The notes below the pieces were generated by a model. The model saw nothing but the letters and a program-made list of their open reading frames with translations, was not told the DNA's origin and did not search any database. Below, piece by piece: positions 38,174 through 47,183 of a stretch of 64,000 nucleotides of DNA. The position numbers and the translations under genes were made by a program. The stretch covers positions 186,001-250,000 of IMG/VR virus record IMGVR_UViG_3300028394_002328. The stretch is one strand, 5' to 3'. Position 1 is the first letter of the stretch; each line of letters begins with the position of its first letter.

Positions 38174-38988
38174 AAAAAGTATTAATAACAGGTAGTTCAG
38201 GATACATTGGCAGTCATCTTACTAATCTATTAAAAGATGAATATGAAGTACATGGACTTGATCGTGTTGAACCACAAGTAGCACCACATACATTTTATCA
38301 TTGTGACATTAACCGTCAGTTTAACTTAGATGAAGAGTTTGATGCTGTAGTACATTTAGCCGCTCTAGTTAATGTAGGAGAAAGTGAAAAGCAACCTATT
38401 CAATACTACATTACTAACCTAAATGGTACTATGAATGTAGTTAATAAGATAAAAACTAAAAACTTTATTTTTTCTAGTACCGGTGCTGCACAAGACTGTA
38501 TAAGTGCATATGGTATTAGTAAGCGAGCGGCAGAAGATGTAGTAAGGTCGTATTCTGAAATGGTTAGTATGGACTATACTATCTTTAGATTTTATAATGT
38601 CATTGGTAGCACAGTAGTTAATCCTACTAACCCAGATGGGTTATTTTACAATTTAATTAAAGCTCGGGCGACTGGTCAATTTACTATACATGGTAGTGAT
38701 TATAATACTAGTGATGGCACTTGTGTTAGAGATTATGTTCATGTAGATGAGATTTGTAATTCTATTAAATTGGCAATTGAACGGCCAGCAAATCAAACAG
38801 AAGCATTAGGTCATGGTAAAGGATATACTGTTAAAGAAATGGTAACTATCTTTGAAAGTATTAATAATTGTAAAATCAATGTGAAGACAGGCCCTCGTAG
38901 AAAGGGTGATATTGAACATTATGTACTTAAGAACCCATCATCTTACATGCATGAGTTGTATAATATTGGTCAACTACTAAAGATTTAA
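38170..38988 (+). CDS. NAD-dependent nucleotide-sugar epimerase (GalE-like SDR)
   Basis: ITGSSGYIG, HLAALVNVGES, FSST, YGISK (YxxxK), FRFYNV, DGTCVRDYVHV. Confidence 0.88.
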   Translation: MKKVLITGSSGYIGSHLTNLLKDEYEVHGLDRVEPQVAPHTFYHCDINRQFNLDEEFDAVVHLAALVNVGESEKQPIQYYITNLNGTMNVVNKIKTKNFIFSSTGAAQDCISAYGISKRAAEDVVRSYSEMVSMDYTIFRFYNVIGSTVVNPTNPDGLFYNLIKARATGQFTIHGSDYNTSDGTCVRDYVHVDEICNSIKLAIERPANQTEALGHGKGYTVKEMVTIFESINNCKINVKTGPRRKGDIEHYVLKNPSSYMHELYNIGQLLKI

Positions 38989-38990
38989 AT

Positions 38991-40349
38991 TTACTTTAAA
39001 CCTGCACTGACCCAAGGATCAGCAATTACTAGAGTATCATCTCTCTGCATTACATTGCTATAATCATGTGCGATAATATCATTACTAAATCCTAATTTAG
39101 TACCGGTTGCTGTAACTGATTTAAGTGTTTTATAGAAATTAGTATATTGACGATATTGCGGATCTAATGGACTGCCTTCGTCAATACTATACATCATATC
39201 TATAATCATTTCATCATAGTCAGGATCTAATTCTTCTAATCGTTCCATAACTACCTGATCAAACTTTTCAACTCCCAATTGAATTGGTTGTTTAGTAGTT
39301 TCTATAAACTTAGGTAAGTGTGGGTTATTAGCATTTTTCTCGCAATAATTAAGAAATGCTAAGAATGGATTTTTAGCGGTAGAGATATCGCCATTCTCAG
39401 GTATTAATACTTTAATTACTGGACCTTCTTCTTTAGCAAAAACATGTGCGTCTGTACCATGACCGATATAACTATAGCCTAATTTATTCATATAATCATT
39501 AAGCATGTTGACATGTTTATTATAGTCAAACTCGGTTAATTCTTGCTCTTCAATTTTTCTAGCAACGATACCTTTATTCTTTATTAATTTCTCTTCATCC
39601 CACCTAACTGGGTTAATCATTGGATACAAGTATTTGGTATCGGTGGCTCCGATATCAAACAGACTTCTCGGTGGAACTAGATGTTGTTTTCTAAGTTTAT
39701 CAAACTTTTCAGCATCTACTACTATTGGTTCCCCAATAGTTACTTGACCAATCGCAACTGCAGGGCCATTACCAGTTCTAACAATACCAACCGTTCTACC
39801 AACATATGGTCTAAGACTGTCAGTTTTTCTAGATTCGTATTTCTTTTTGCCGTCAACAATTAAACTAGCATAGTCAGTATTGCCATCACTTCTGACATTG
39901 ATGCCAATAGTTGGTTTATTGTCTGTATTTTCTGTTATATTTTTTTCTGATGGCTTGACAATCTCTGCACTTGATAAATCTAATGGTCCTGCTATCCAAT
40001 ACTCATCAATATCATCAGATTCATACTTCCACGCATTAGGATCATAGTTAGCACTAGTCATACCCTTTGTTCGCATAAAAGTTTTATGTCCTGGTATTGG
40101 ATATATTTTATTAGATATTTTACTAGCATTAATTCTAATTAATGTATCTCCTGTCCATCTACTAATATGTTCTTTATCAGTAAAACTATTACCGGGTATC
40201 ATTTTCCCTTCTGATTCTATATAGTGAGCATAACCTCTTTTCACTGGTAATTTTTTAGAATCAATATACTTTTGAAATTGATTTCCTTCTACCCACTTAT
40301 ATAGATAGGTGGGTACTTGAACTGATTCTAATAACTCTTTAATACGCAT
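38991..40349 (-). CDS. tripartite protein: ART-like domain + ASCH domain + Ser/Thr kinase-like domain
   Basis: LYK...GNSFT...DEY (ART-like, weak); GINV...LIVDGKKKYESR...AIGQV (ASCH); IGHGTDAHVF, VIK, MERL, HDYSNVM, VIADP (kinase); MRIKELLE start. Confidence 0.65.
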   Translation of the reverse strand: MRIKELLESVQVPTYLYKWVEGNQFQKYIDSKKLPVKRGYAHYIESEGKMIPGNSFTDKEHISRWTGDTLIRINASKISNKIYPIPGHKTFMRTKGMTSANYDPNAWKYESDDIDEYWIAGPLDLSSAEIVKPSEKNITENTDNKPTIGINVRSDGNTDYASLIVDGKKKYESRKTDSLRPYVGRTVGIVRTGNGPAVAIGQVTIGEPIVVDAEKFDKLRKQHLVPPRSLFDIGATDTKYLYPMINPVRWDEEKLIKNKGIVARKIEEQELTEFDYNKHVNMLNDYMNKLGYSYIGHGTDAHVFAKEEGPVIKVLIPENGDISTAKNPFLAFLNYCEKNANNPHLPKFIETTKQPIQLGVEKFDQVVMERLEELDPDYDEMIIDMMYSIDEGSPLDPQYRQYTNFYKTLKSVTATGTKLGFSNDIIAHDYSNVMQRDDTLVIADPWVSAGLK

Positions 40350-41950
40350 TAATGCTTCAATAATAGAGTGCCTAATACACCAGGGTCATTTGCCGTTAAA
40401 TCAGGCTCCCCGGGGGCAACAATAACATTCCACTTCATGGATTTATTATTTTTACCCTTAGTATTCCATTCATCATAACTTAGAATACTATTTTTGCTTA
40501 TACCATACTTATCGGCGAGGCGCTGTTTTAGTTCAGGTAATTCATCAGGTATTACTTGCCATTGACCTTCAGGTCCTTTAACTAAATTCTTTTTAGAATC
40601 CTTAACTAATAGGTCATAAAACAAACTACTAGGAACGATACGACTATTCTTAGTTGTGTCTAAGTTTGGATCATTTCTCTTAATTTGTTTTTCTTGGCTA
40701 GTACTTGCGCCTTCACTCCAATTAATAATAAAGTTGCTAGGCTTACTAGCCATTGCAGCCTTTGCTACTTTAGTATAAGCATAAAACTTAACATCAGGTA
40801 ATGAGTTTGCAAGGTCAAATGCCATGTCCATATACTCAGGGCTAAAGAAGTCTCCAGCATCATGCCAACGAATACTTACTGAATAACCACCTTTTTTACC
40901 CTTTGCTTCTTCTTTACTAATTTCTTGTGTTAGTTGTTCAAAGAACTCATCAGGATGATTTAGTAGATATGTAAGTATACGACCATCGCTTAACCACGGA
41001 CCAGCGAATTGAACTTTACCGCCCTTCATAGCAAAGCAATCTACTTTACAACTACCAGCACCTGGACATGTATTAACAACAATTAACTCATTTGTATTTT
41101 CATCTAGTGCGATACCAACTAGAGCAGCAAATCCAATGTTAAAAAATTGTTCTTGTGCTCCATCACTATGCTTCATCTTCTCATTCTTTTTAAGAAGTGA
41201 TTTTGGTCTTTCCTTTAACCCTGCTTTAATAGCGTCAGTATTATATTTTTTACCGTCAGCATTATAGTATCCAACTACTGAACTACGATGGACATAAGGT
41301 AAATTATATTTGTCTGTTTTCTTCTTTTCTTGATTACGAATACGGTCTAGATAATCTGTTAACTCTTGACCTTTTAATTCACGGGTGCTAGCAGGTAGTG
41401 CTGTTGCTTCCGCCACACCTTGTTCGTGTAGTTTTTTGTTAGGATCTCTAACATCAGGAAAATCCCATTTATTGGTTTGTGAAAATTCTTCTCTAGCTTC
41501 TCTTCTAGACATGCCATATATTTTTTCAAATTCTCGATCAGATAATTCAGGATCATCAAGGTCCATGTCTAACTCAGCCATCTTGCTTTCCGACACATTA
41601 ACTACGGGTTTATTTCCGTAAACTTTTCTATCTTTACCTATTATTCTTCCGGTTTCGCTTCTACTACCAATGTGCTTACTGGCTAAACTTTGACCAGGTT
41701 TTACTCTTACACGATTTGGCGGTAATTGTGTAATCTTTCCACCTTTATTTAAAAAGTCTGCTACAGCATCATCGGTTTCTTTACTAAAATCAGATTTCAT
41801 CTTGAAATCTTCATCTACTTCCTGTTCGGGTTCAGGTTCCTCACCTTGTGCGGATTTAGCAATAAATTGCTGAGGGGTCATTATTTGGATACCTTCAGGA
41901 GCACCTGGTAATTCTGGTTCAACTCCCTCAAATAATTCTTTAATATTCAT
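40349..41950 (-). CDS. modular protein with C-terminal GP88-like (radical SAM-like) domain
   Basis: TCPGAGSCKVDCFA, IRWHDAGDF, FYAYTK; MNIKELFE start and QGVAE linker. Confidence 0.65.
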   Translation of the reverse strand: MNIKELFEGVEPELPGAPEGIQIMTPQQFIAKSAQGEEPEPEQEVDEDFKMKSDFSKETDDAVADFLNKGGKITQLPPNRVRVKPGQSLASKHIGSRSETGRIIGKDRKVYGNKPVVNVSESKMAELDMDLDDPELSDREFEKIYGMSRREAREEFSQTNKWDFPDVRDPNKKLHEQGVAEATALPASTRELKGQELTDYLDRIRNQEKKKTDKYNLPYVHRSSVVGYYNADGKKYNTDAIKAGLKERPKSLLKKNEKMKHSDGAQEQFFNIGFAALVGIALDENTNELIVVNTCPGAGSCKVDCFAMKGGKVQFAGPWLSDGRILTYLLNHPDEFFEQLTQEISKEEAKGKKGGYSVSIRWHDAGDFFSPEYMDMAFDLANSLPDVKFYAYTKVAKAAMASKPSNFIINWSEGASTSQEKQIKRNDPNLDTTKNSRIVPSSLFYDLLVKDSKKNLVKGPEGQWQVIPDELPELKQRLADKYGISKNSILSYDEWNTKGKNNKSMKWNVIVAPGEPDLTANDPGVLGTLLLKH

Positions 41951-41970
41951 GATAATTTTTCCGTAAATAG

Positions 41971-41999
41971 TTGACTTTATTGTGCAACGGTGTTACACT
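41971..41999 (+). promoter_or_regulatory. sigma70 promoter for uvsE, overlapping a divergent late motif
   Basis: TTGACT-17 nt-TACACT; GATAAATA on the minus strand at 42008-42015. Confidence 0.7.
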
Positions 42000-42031
42000 A
42001 CATAGACTATTTATCACTTTGGACTTTTAAC

Positions 42032-43063
42032 TTGACAAATCAATCTATTAAACGTATTGGCTTTGCCTGCAAATTCTCAGAAATCAACAAGAAAGGAGAA
42101 ATCTCTAGCGTTGAAGGGCTTAACACAGGTGGCACTACACTTACCTTTCTTAAAAAAGCAAAACGTGAAGTAGCCGAACAAAAGATGTGGGATGTAATGG
42201 AAAAGAACATTACCAACACTCATAATTTGGTCAAACGTATTGCTACACTAGATCCTGCACTAAGAATGGTTAGGCTAACTAGTGATATGATGACTGGATA
42301 TACACATGGTGATTGGGAATACTTTTACAAACAAGGTGATGTTCGTAGGCGAATGGAAGAACTTTTTGCGCCAATTGGTGACACGGCAAGGGATAATGAT
42401 GTTAGGCTTTCTTTTCATCCAGGTCAGTTTACAGTTCTTGCAAGTGCTAGTGAAGAAATCATAAATAACTCTATAAAGGAATTTGAATATCATGTTGACA
42501 TGGCTCGGTGTATGGGATACGGCAAGGAATTCCAAGACATTAAAATCAACGTACACATCTCGGGTAAACGCGGTCCCCAAGGTATCAAGGACGTGGTTGG
42601 ACGCTTATCCCCCGAAGCAAGAAATTCAATCACCATTGAAAACGACGAAATCTCATGGGGTATCGAGGCTAGCCTAGAGTTGGTAGATACCTGTGCTTTG
42701 GTTTTCGATCTACATCATCATTGGGTAAAAACAGGCGAGTATATTAACGCAAATGATCCACGTATTCAAAAAATTATTGATAGCTGGCGCGGTATTAGGC
42801 CTACTCTTCACTACTCTGTTAGCCGTGAAGACTATCTTATTAATCATGCCCCAGACACCCTACCCAATCATCATGCACTGATTGAGTCTGGTAGTAATAA
42901 ACAAAAACTCAGGGCTCACAGCGACTATTATTGGAATGATGCGGTGAACGATTGGGCATTGACTTTCTATGATAAATTTGATATCATGTGCGAGAGCAAG
43001 GCGAAAAATCTAGCTAGTTTTAAACTACTTGATAGGTACAAACAAAAGGTAAGTTATGCTTGA
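42032..43063 (+). CDS. uvsE: UV-damage endonuclease UvsE/UVDE
   Basis: KRIGFACK, VRLTSD, RLSFHPGQF, IENDE, FDLHHHW, HSDY, DIMCESKAKNLA; probable TTG start at 42032. Confidence 0.9.
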   Translation: MTNQSIKRIGFACKFSEINKKGEISSVEGLNTGGTTLTFLKKAKREVAEQKMWDVMEKNITNTHNLVKRIATLDPALRMVRLTSDMMTGYTHGDWEYFYKQGDVRRRMEELFAPIGDTARDNDVRLSFHPGQFTVLASASEEIINNSIKEFEYHVDMARCMGYGKEFQDIKINVHISGKRGPQGIKDVVGRLSPEARNSITIENDEISWGIEASLELVDTCALVFDLHHHWVKTGEYINANDPRIQKIIDSWRGIRPTLHYSVSREDYLINHAPDTLPNHHALIESGSNKQKLRAHSDYYWNDAVNDWALTFYDKFDIMCESKAKNLASFKLLDRYKQKVSYA

Positions 43064-43487
43064 TAAATTAAAGAAATTATTTCAGAAACAACCCGAACCA
43101 CAAGTTCAAGAACCAGTTAAGAAAGAACCTAAGCCTCGTGCTCCTAAGGAAGAAGTTAAACTTACTCCCAAAGAGTTGGCAACTAAAAATGGTGAACCTT
43201 ATGTTGGTATCATTAGTATTGAACTAGATCCAAACAATATTGGTAATGGTAGTTTTGAACTAGATTGGAATGATAAATTCATTATAAATCTTATAAAGGC
43301 TGGTTATAAAATTAAGGAAAATGATAAAGATAGTGAGATTATAGATAGATGGTTTCAAACAGTAGCACGAAATATTGCACTAGAAGTCTATGAACAACAA
43401 CAAGCCGATCCAGACATGAGAGGTATGGCAGATATGCGTAACATTAGAAGTAAAGATTTGGGCAACGGACGTAGCGAGGTAGCGTAA
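43056..43487 (+). CDS. hypothetical protein
   Basis: 143 aa ORF overlapping the uvsE end. Confidence 0.7.
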   Translation: MLDKLKKLFQKQPEPQVQEPVKKEPKPRAPKEEVKLTPKELATKNGEPYVGIISIELDPNNIGNGSFELDWNDKFIINLIKAGYKIKENDKDSEIIDRWFQTVARNIALEVYEQQQADPDMRGMADMRNIRSKDLGNGRSEVA

Positions 43488-43493
43488 AAAGGC

Positions 43494-43521
43494 TTGCATT
43501 TAAATTTTTTTCGTGTATAAT
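43494..43521 (+). promoter_or_regulatory. sigma70 promoter
   Basis: TTGCAT-16 nt-TATAAT upstream of the 43579 cassette. Confidence 0.6.
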
Positions 43522-43578
43522 TACTTTGTGCGTTGAATAATATTCTTTGCACAGTCATTTAACACAAAGGAGAAAAAA

Positions 43579-44784
43579 ATGACAACACCTACTTTTAAAT
43601 TTGCCTGGGTACCTAACTCAAAACAAGTCACTGTTACAGATCGTCCAATTAATGAGTTGGACAAACAGCCCGGATACATTGACCAACATAGCATTGAAGG
43701 ATTAGCCCAACTTTTTGTTGATAGTCCTGAGTATACCCAACTCAAACAACTTTTAGAAACAGCCGAGTTTAAACTCAGTCGTAAGGGCAAACCTCAACGA
43801 TACAGCCAAATGCCCAAAATGAAACGAATTGCTATTCGTCATTTGTTATCGGCTCTTGCTGTACAAAGGAAAATTAATTTCGATCACCTTGTTCGTATTA
43901 TCACAACTTGGGATAGCCGCCGACCTGCAACAATCAATGTTATCAAATTGCCTAAAAGCAACACATGTTATATCACCGACGGTCAGCACACGGTGCTTGC
44001 AATTGCCTTACGTGCCAAACTAGGTATGTTTCCTGATGTTGATCCTGCGGATTGGTTAGATATTGAAGTCAACTGTCAGGTAGTCGAGACCAGTGATTTT
44101 AGTTTTGCCCGTGAACATTTCTTAGGAATCAACGGCGAAGATAAACTCCCTATCATTCCATTCGAAAACCACAAAATTCATGTATTTGGCAAGCGCTTAG
44201 ATTCACCAGACAACGAAACACAAGAAAAGTATGAACTTGCTAATCGTATTCAAACTGAATTAGAAAGTTGGAATCTTATTCCGGTACACCCTGACAGTCC
44301 TGATCGTTTTAAGGCAGGTGCGGTAGTTCACAGCAACTTATTGTCTAAATTAGATGTACATGATGTTCGTTTCCTAGGTGAGAATCACTATACATATTGG
44401 CCTCAAGAACCTCTTGACCCTATTGAAATGTTGCCTTTCCAAGAACTTCGTAAGAAGCTTATCAAAGAAGGTGCTGATTTTACTACTACTGAATTCAAAG
44501 AATTCATGCGTGACTTGAATGCTTTGGTTAAAGAAGTTGCTGGAGGTTGGCCTGAATTTAAGAATCTTACACAATCGTTGTATCCAACATATTATAAAGA
44601 TGCTTTTGGTGATATACCTGCAGGGTGCCCTAAAGATGCATCACTAGTTTTGTTAATGCAACTGTATCTTAAGGCAGGCGGAACATACCAATATGTTCCT
44701 AAAAGCCTGTATACTCGATACTGCGAAAACAATTCTAACATGTTCAAACAACTTACCCCTGCACAAAAGGCAAAATTCAAATGA
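43579..44784 (+). CDS. ParB/Srx-like (DGQH-motif) domain protein
   Basis: Q..INF.HL..I...W....P..I.V.......YITDGQHT..A; AAGGAG SD. Confidence 0.6.
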   Translation: MTTPTFKFAWVPNSKQVTVTDRPINELDKQPGYIDQHSIEGLAQLFVDSPEYTQLKQLLETAEFKLSRKGKPQRYSQMPKMKRIAIRHLLSALAVQRKINFDHLVRIITTWDSRRPATINVIKLPKSNTCYITDGQHTVLAIALRAKLGMFPDVDPADWLDIEVNCQVVETSDFSFAREHFLGINGEDKLPIIPFENHKIHVFGKRLDSPDNETQEKYELANRIQTELESWNLIPVHPDSPDRFKAGAVVHSNLLSKLDVHDVRFLGENHYTYWPQEPLDPIEMLPFQELRKKLIKEGADFTTTEFKEFMRDLNALVKEVAGGWPEFKNLTQSLYPTYYKDAFGDIPAGCPKDASLVLLMQLYLKAGGTYQYVPKSLYTRYCENNSNMFKQLTPAQKAKFK

Positions 44785-45206
44785 GTATGATGTTATATAT
44801 TGCAGAGGTGTACGGTAAAATTAAACCCGGTATCACTAAAAAAGCTAGATCCCGAATAATTTCATATGATAAAGGAAACAATAACCCCACAGTTCATCAT
44901 CTGTATGTTGCGGTAGATGGTTACGACGAACATGTAAAAAATTGTGAGAGTTATTTAATGAGGGAACTATTTTCCTTCTTAGAAAATCCTCAAGGTAATC
45001 ATAAACCAAGTGAATACGTGGATCCTAAATACACACACATAACCGCAGACTATGTGCGTCTTATAGTTGAAGATAGGATCAAATGTCATCCACTTAAGAT
45101 GAAACGGGTAAAGCAAGTTTTCTTGCCCATTACACGTTATAATATGAAAACTATTGTCGATGGAATAAAAAACTTTCCGGATAAATACCTAGAAGATATT
45201 TCTTGA
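44781..45206 (+). CDS. GIY-YIG/T5orf172-like protein
   Basis: LYIAEVYGKIKPGIT....R...Y...N pattern and E in NCES; ATGA coupling to the upstream gene. Confidence 0.55.
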   Translation: MSMMLYIAEVYGKIKPGITKKARSRIISYDKGNNNPTVHHLYVAVDGYDEHVKNCESYLMRELFSFLENPQGNHKPSEYVDPKYTHITADYVRLIVEDRIKCHPLKMKRVKQVFLPITRYNMKTIVDGIKNFPDKYLEDIS

Positions 45207-45231
45207 CAATAAAACCAGGTAGTCGTATAAT
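45203..45231 (+). promoter_or_regulatory. consensus sigma70 promoter
   Basis: TTGACA-17 nt-TATAAT. Confidence 0.85.
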
Positions 45232-45245
45232 TATTATACGACTAC
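45219..45245. repeat. perfect 13 bp inverted repeat over the -10 box (GTAGTCGTATAAT-T-ATTATACGACTAC)
   Basis: Arms 45219-45231 and 45233-45245 are exact reverse complements. Confidence 0.9.
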
Positions 45246-45257
45246 TTAAGGACCTAT

Positions 45258-46262
45258 ATGAATTACGCACTCATTGATACCGCAAATACCTTCTTCCGTG
45301 CTCGGCATATTGCTAGTCGCAATAGTACTGTTGAGGAGAAAGTGGGTATGGCCCTGCATCTTACATTAGCAAGTGTAAATCAGGTCGTTAAAAAATTTAA
45401 AATCGACCACGTAGTCGTATGTCTAGAAGGTCGCAGTTGGCGTAAGGATTACTACAAACCTTATAAAGCTAATCGCAAGTTAGATGAATCTGCTATGACT
45501 GAAGCAGATGTAGCCGAAAACAAAATGTTTTGGGAAACGTATGATATGTTTACTACATTCATGCGTGAAAAAACTAATGTCAGTGTACTCAGGCACGAAC
45601 GGGCTGAAGCTGACGATATCATTGCCCGTTTTGTTCATTTACATCCCGATGATACGCATTACATTATTTCTTCTGACACTGATTATATCCAACTTATTAG
45701 TGAAAACGTACATCAGTACAACGGTATCACTAACCAACTTATCACTACCGAGGGATACCATGATGAGAAAGGACGTCTTGTAATAGATAAGAAAACAAAA
45801 GAACCTAAACTATTAGGTGATCCTAAATTTCATCTATTTGAAAAATGTATGCGAGGTGATTCAAGCGACAATGTATTTTCAGCGTACCCCGGCGTCCGTA
45901 CTAAAGGTAGTAAAAATAAGGTTGGATTGATTGAGGCATATGCCGACCGTACAAAGCAAGGGTTTCATTGGAATAACATGATGCTTCAACGTTGGGTAGA
46001 TCATGAGGGTGTTGAAAATCGGGTTAGGGATTGTTATGAACGTAATCGTACCCTAATTGACTTGACAGCACAGCCCGAAGATATTAAAATATCGGTTGAT
46101 GATAGAATCAAAAAAGATGTTCGTACTACTACAACCTCTCAGGTAGGTGCTCACTTTATGAAATTTTGTGGCAAGTATGAATTGACTAAAATTAGTGAAC
46201 AAGCAGAAACATATGCTAAGTGGTTAAACTCGCCTTACAACGGTCATCTCACTCAAATCTAA
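45258..46262 (+). CDS. 5'-3' exonuclease / T4 RNase H-like flap endonuclease
   Basis: LIDTAN, EGRSWRK.YY..YKANR, EADDII, ISSDTDY.QL, GDSSDN. Confidence 0.9.
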   Translation: MNYALIDTANTFFRARHIASRNSTVEEKVGMALHLTLASVNQVVKKFKIDHVVVCLEGRSWRKDYYKPYKANRKLDESAMTEADVAENKMFWETYDMFTTFMREKTNVSVLRHERAEADDIIARFVHLHPDDTHYIISSDTDYIQLISENVHQYNGITNQLITTEGYHDEKGRLVIDKKTKEPKLLGDPKFHLFEKCMRGDSSDNVFSAYPGVRTKGSKNKVGLIEAYADRTKQGFHWNNMMLQRWVDHEGVENRVRDCYERNRTLIDLTAQPEDIKISVDDRIKKDVRTTTTSQVGAHFMKFCGKYELTKISEQAETYAKWLNSPYNGHLTQI

Positions 46263-46274
46263 GGAATTTTCAAA

Positions 46275-46520
46275 ATGAGTAAAGAAATCACTATCAATGG
46301 TCTTACCGACAAACAAGTAGCAATGCTAGATATCATGTGGGGACTGGGCTCCCAAGAAGAATTCAATGATTGGGTAGCTACCTTGTCAACCGATGACCGT
46401 GAACTAGCAGAGCAGTTGTATTGGCTTTTGCTTATTGAAATTGCTGAAAGCGATACCGATGAAGATTATACAGAAGCAAATGAAGTGCTAAAGGCTTTTA
46501 TGCTTAATAAAAAGGAATAA
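46275..46520 (+). CDS. hypothetical protein
   Basis: 81 aa acidic ORF with AAGGA SD. Confidence 0.65.
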   Translation: MSKEITINGLTDKQVAMLDIMWGLGSQEEFNDWVATLSTDDRELAEQLYWLLLIEIAESDTDEDYTEANEVLKAFMLNKKE

Positions 46521-46521
46521 C

Positions 46522-46980
46522 ATGTCTGAAATTGTAGCTAAACCTATTGTTAAGGATCAATATTGGGTCATCACTGATGGTGATAAAAAAATTGGTAATG
46601 TGATCGCCAATGGTTCAGGATTTGATGTTAAAATGAATGGGTCTCAGACTCATTACAAAACTACCACTGAACTCAAGCGTACAACCAATATTGAATTCCA
46701 AACACTAAAATCTAACAAAACTAAAATCCAACTTCCTTTCGCTAACTATCCCACAACTGGAAAGATTTACAACTCTATTTTAGATATTAAGCGAAAACTT
46801 CATATCTATACTAAGACGCCCAAAAGCAAGTGTTTTCATGCAGCCGGTTGGTTCGTTCTAAATCATACAGGAGAAAACGAAGTAGTATTTTGTCCTAAGT
46901 ATATTTTTGTACAACGGTATCCATATATGGGTCCCTTCAAAACTAAATTGGACGCTGAACACCAGATAAATAATCAATGA
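46522..46980 (+). CDS. hypothetical protein
   Basis: 152 aa ORF with AAGGA SD. Confidence 0.7.
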   Translation: MSEIVAKPIVKDQYWVITDGDKKIGNVIANGSGFDVKMNGSQTHYKTTTELKRTTNIEFQTLKSNKTKIQLPFANYPTTGKIYNSILDIKRKLHIYTKTPKSKCFHAAGWFVLNHTGENEVVFCPKYIFVQRYPYMGPFKTKLDAEHQINNQ

Positions 46981-47183
46981 TTTATATTAAAAGGTTCATT
47001 GACAAAGTGTCTGTAGTAGAAAGCAAACAAAATAAAGATTTTGTTATGCCTCTCATTGAGGCTAGAGGCCTTCGTGATGAACTGGCTAAAATTTTAGTAG
47101 AGTATTACGAAAAAAATACTGACAAAAAGCCAGTTGATGAACCAGTAATACAAATTGAATTAAAAGCTGGATCATTCAAATGA
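46977..47183 (+). CDS. hypothetical protein
   Basis: ATGA-coupled ORF; late motif at 46965. Confidence 0.6.
   Translation: MIYIKRFIDKVSVVESKQNKDFVMPLIEARGLRDELAKILVEYYEKNTDKKPVDEPVIQIELKAGSFK

Noticed and set aside
45233-45261. Divergent minus-strand promoter from the second TATAAT of the palindrome
   Set aside because: No -35-like hexamer at the required spacing and no minus-strand gene to serve
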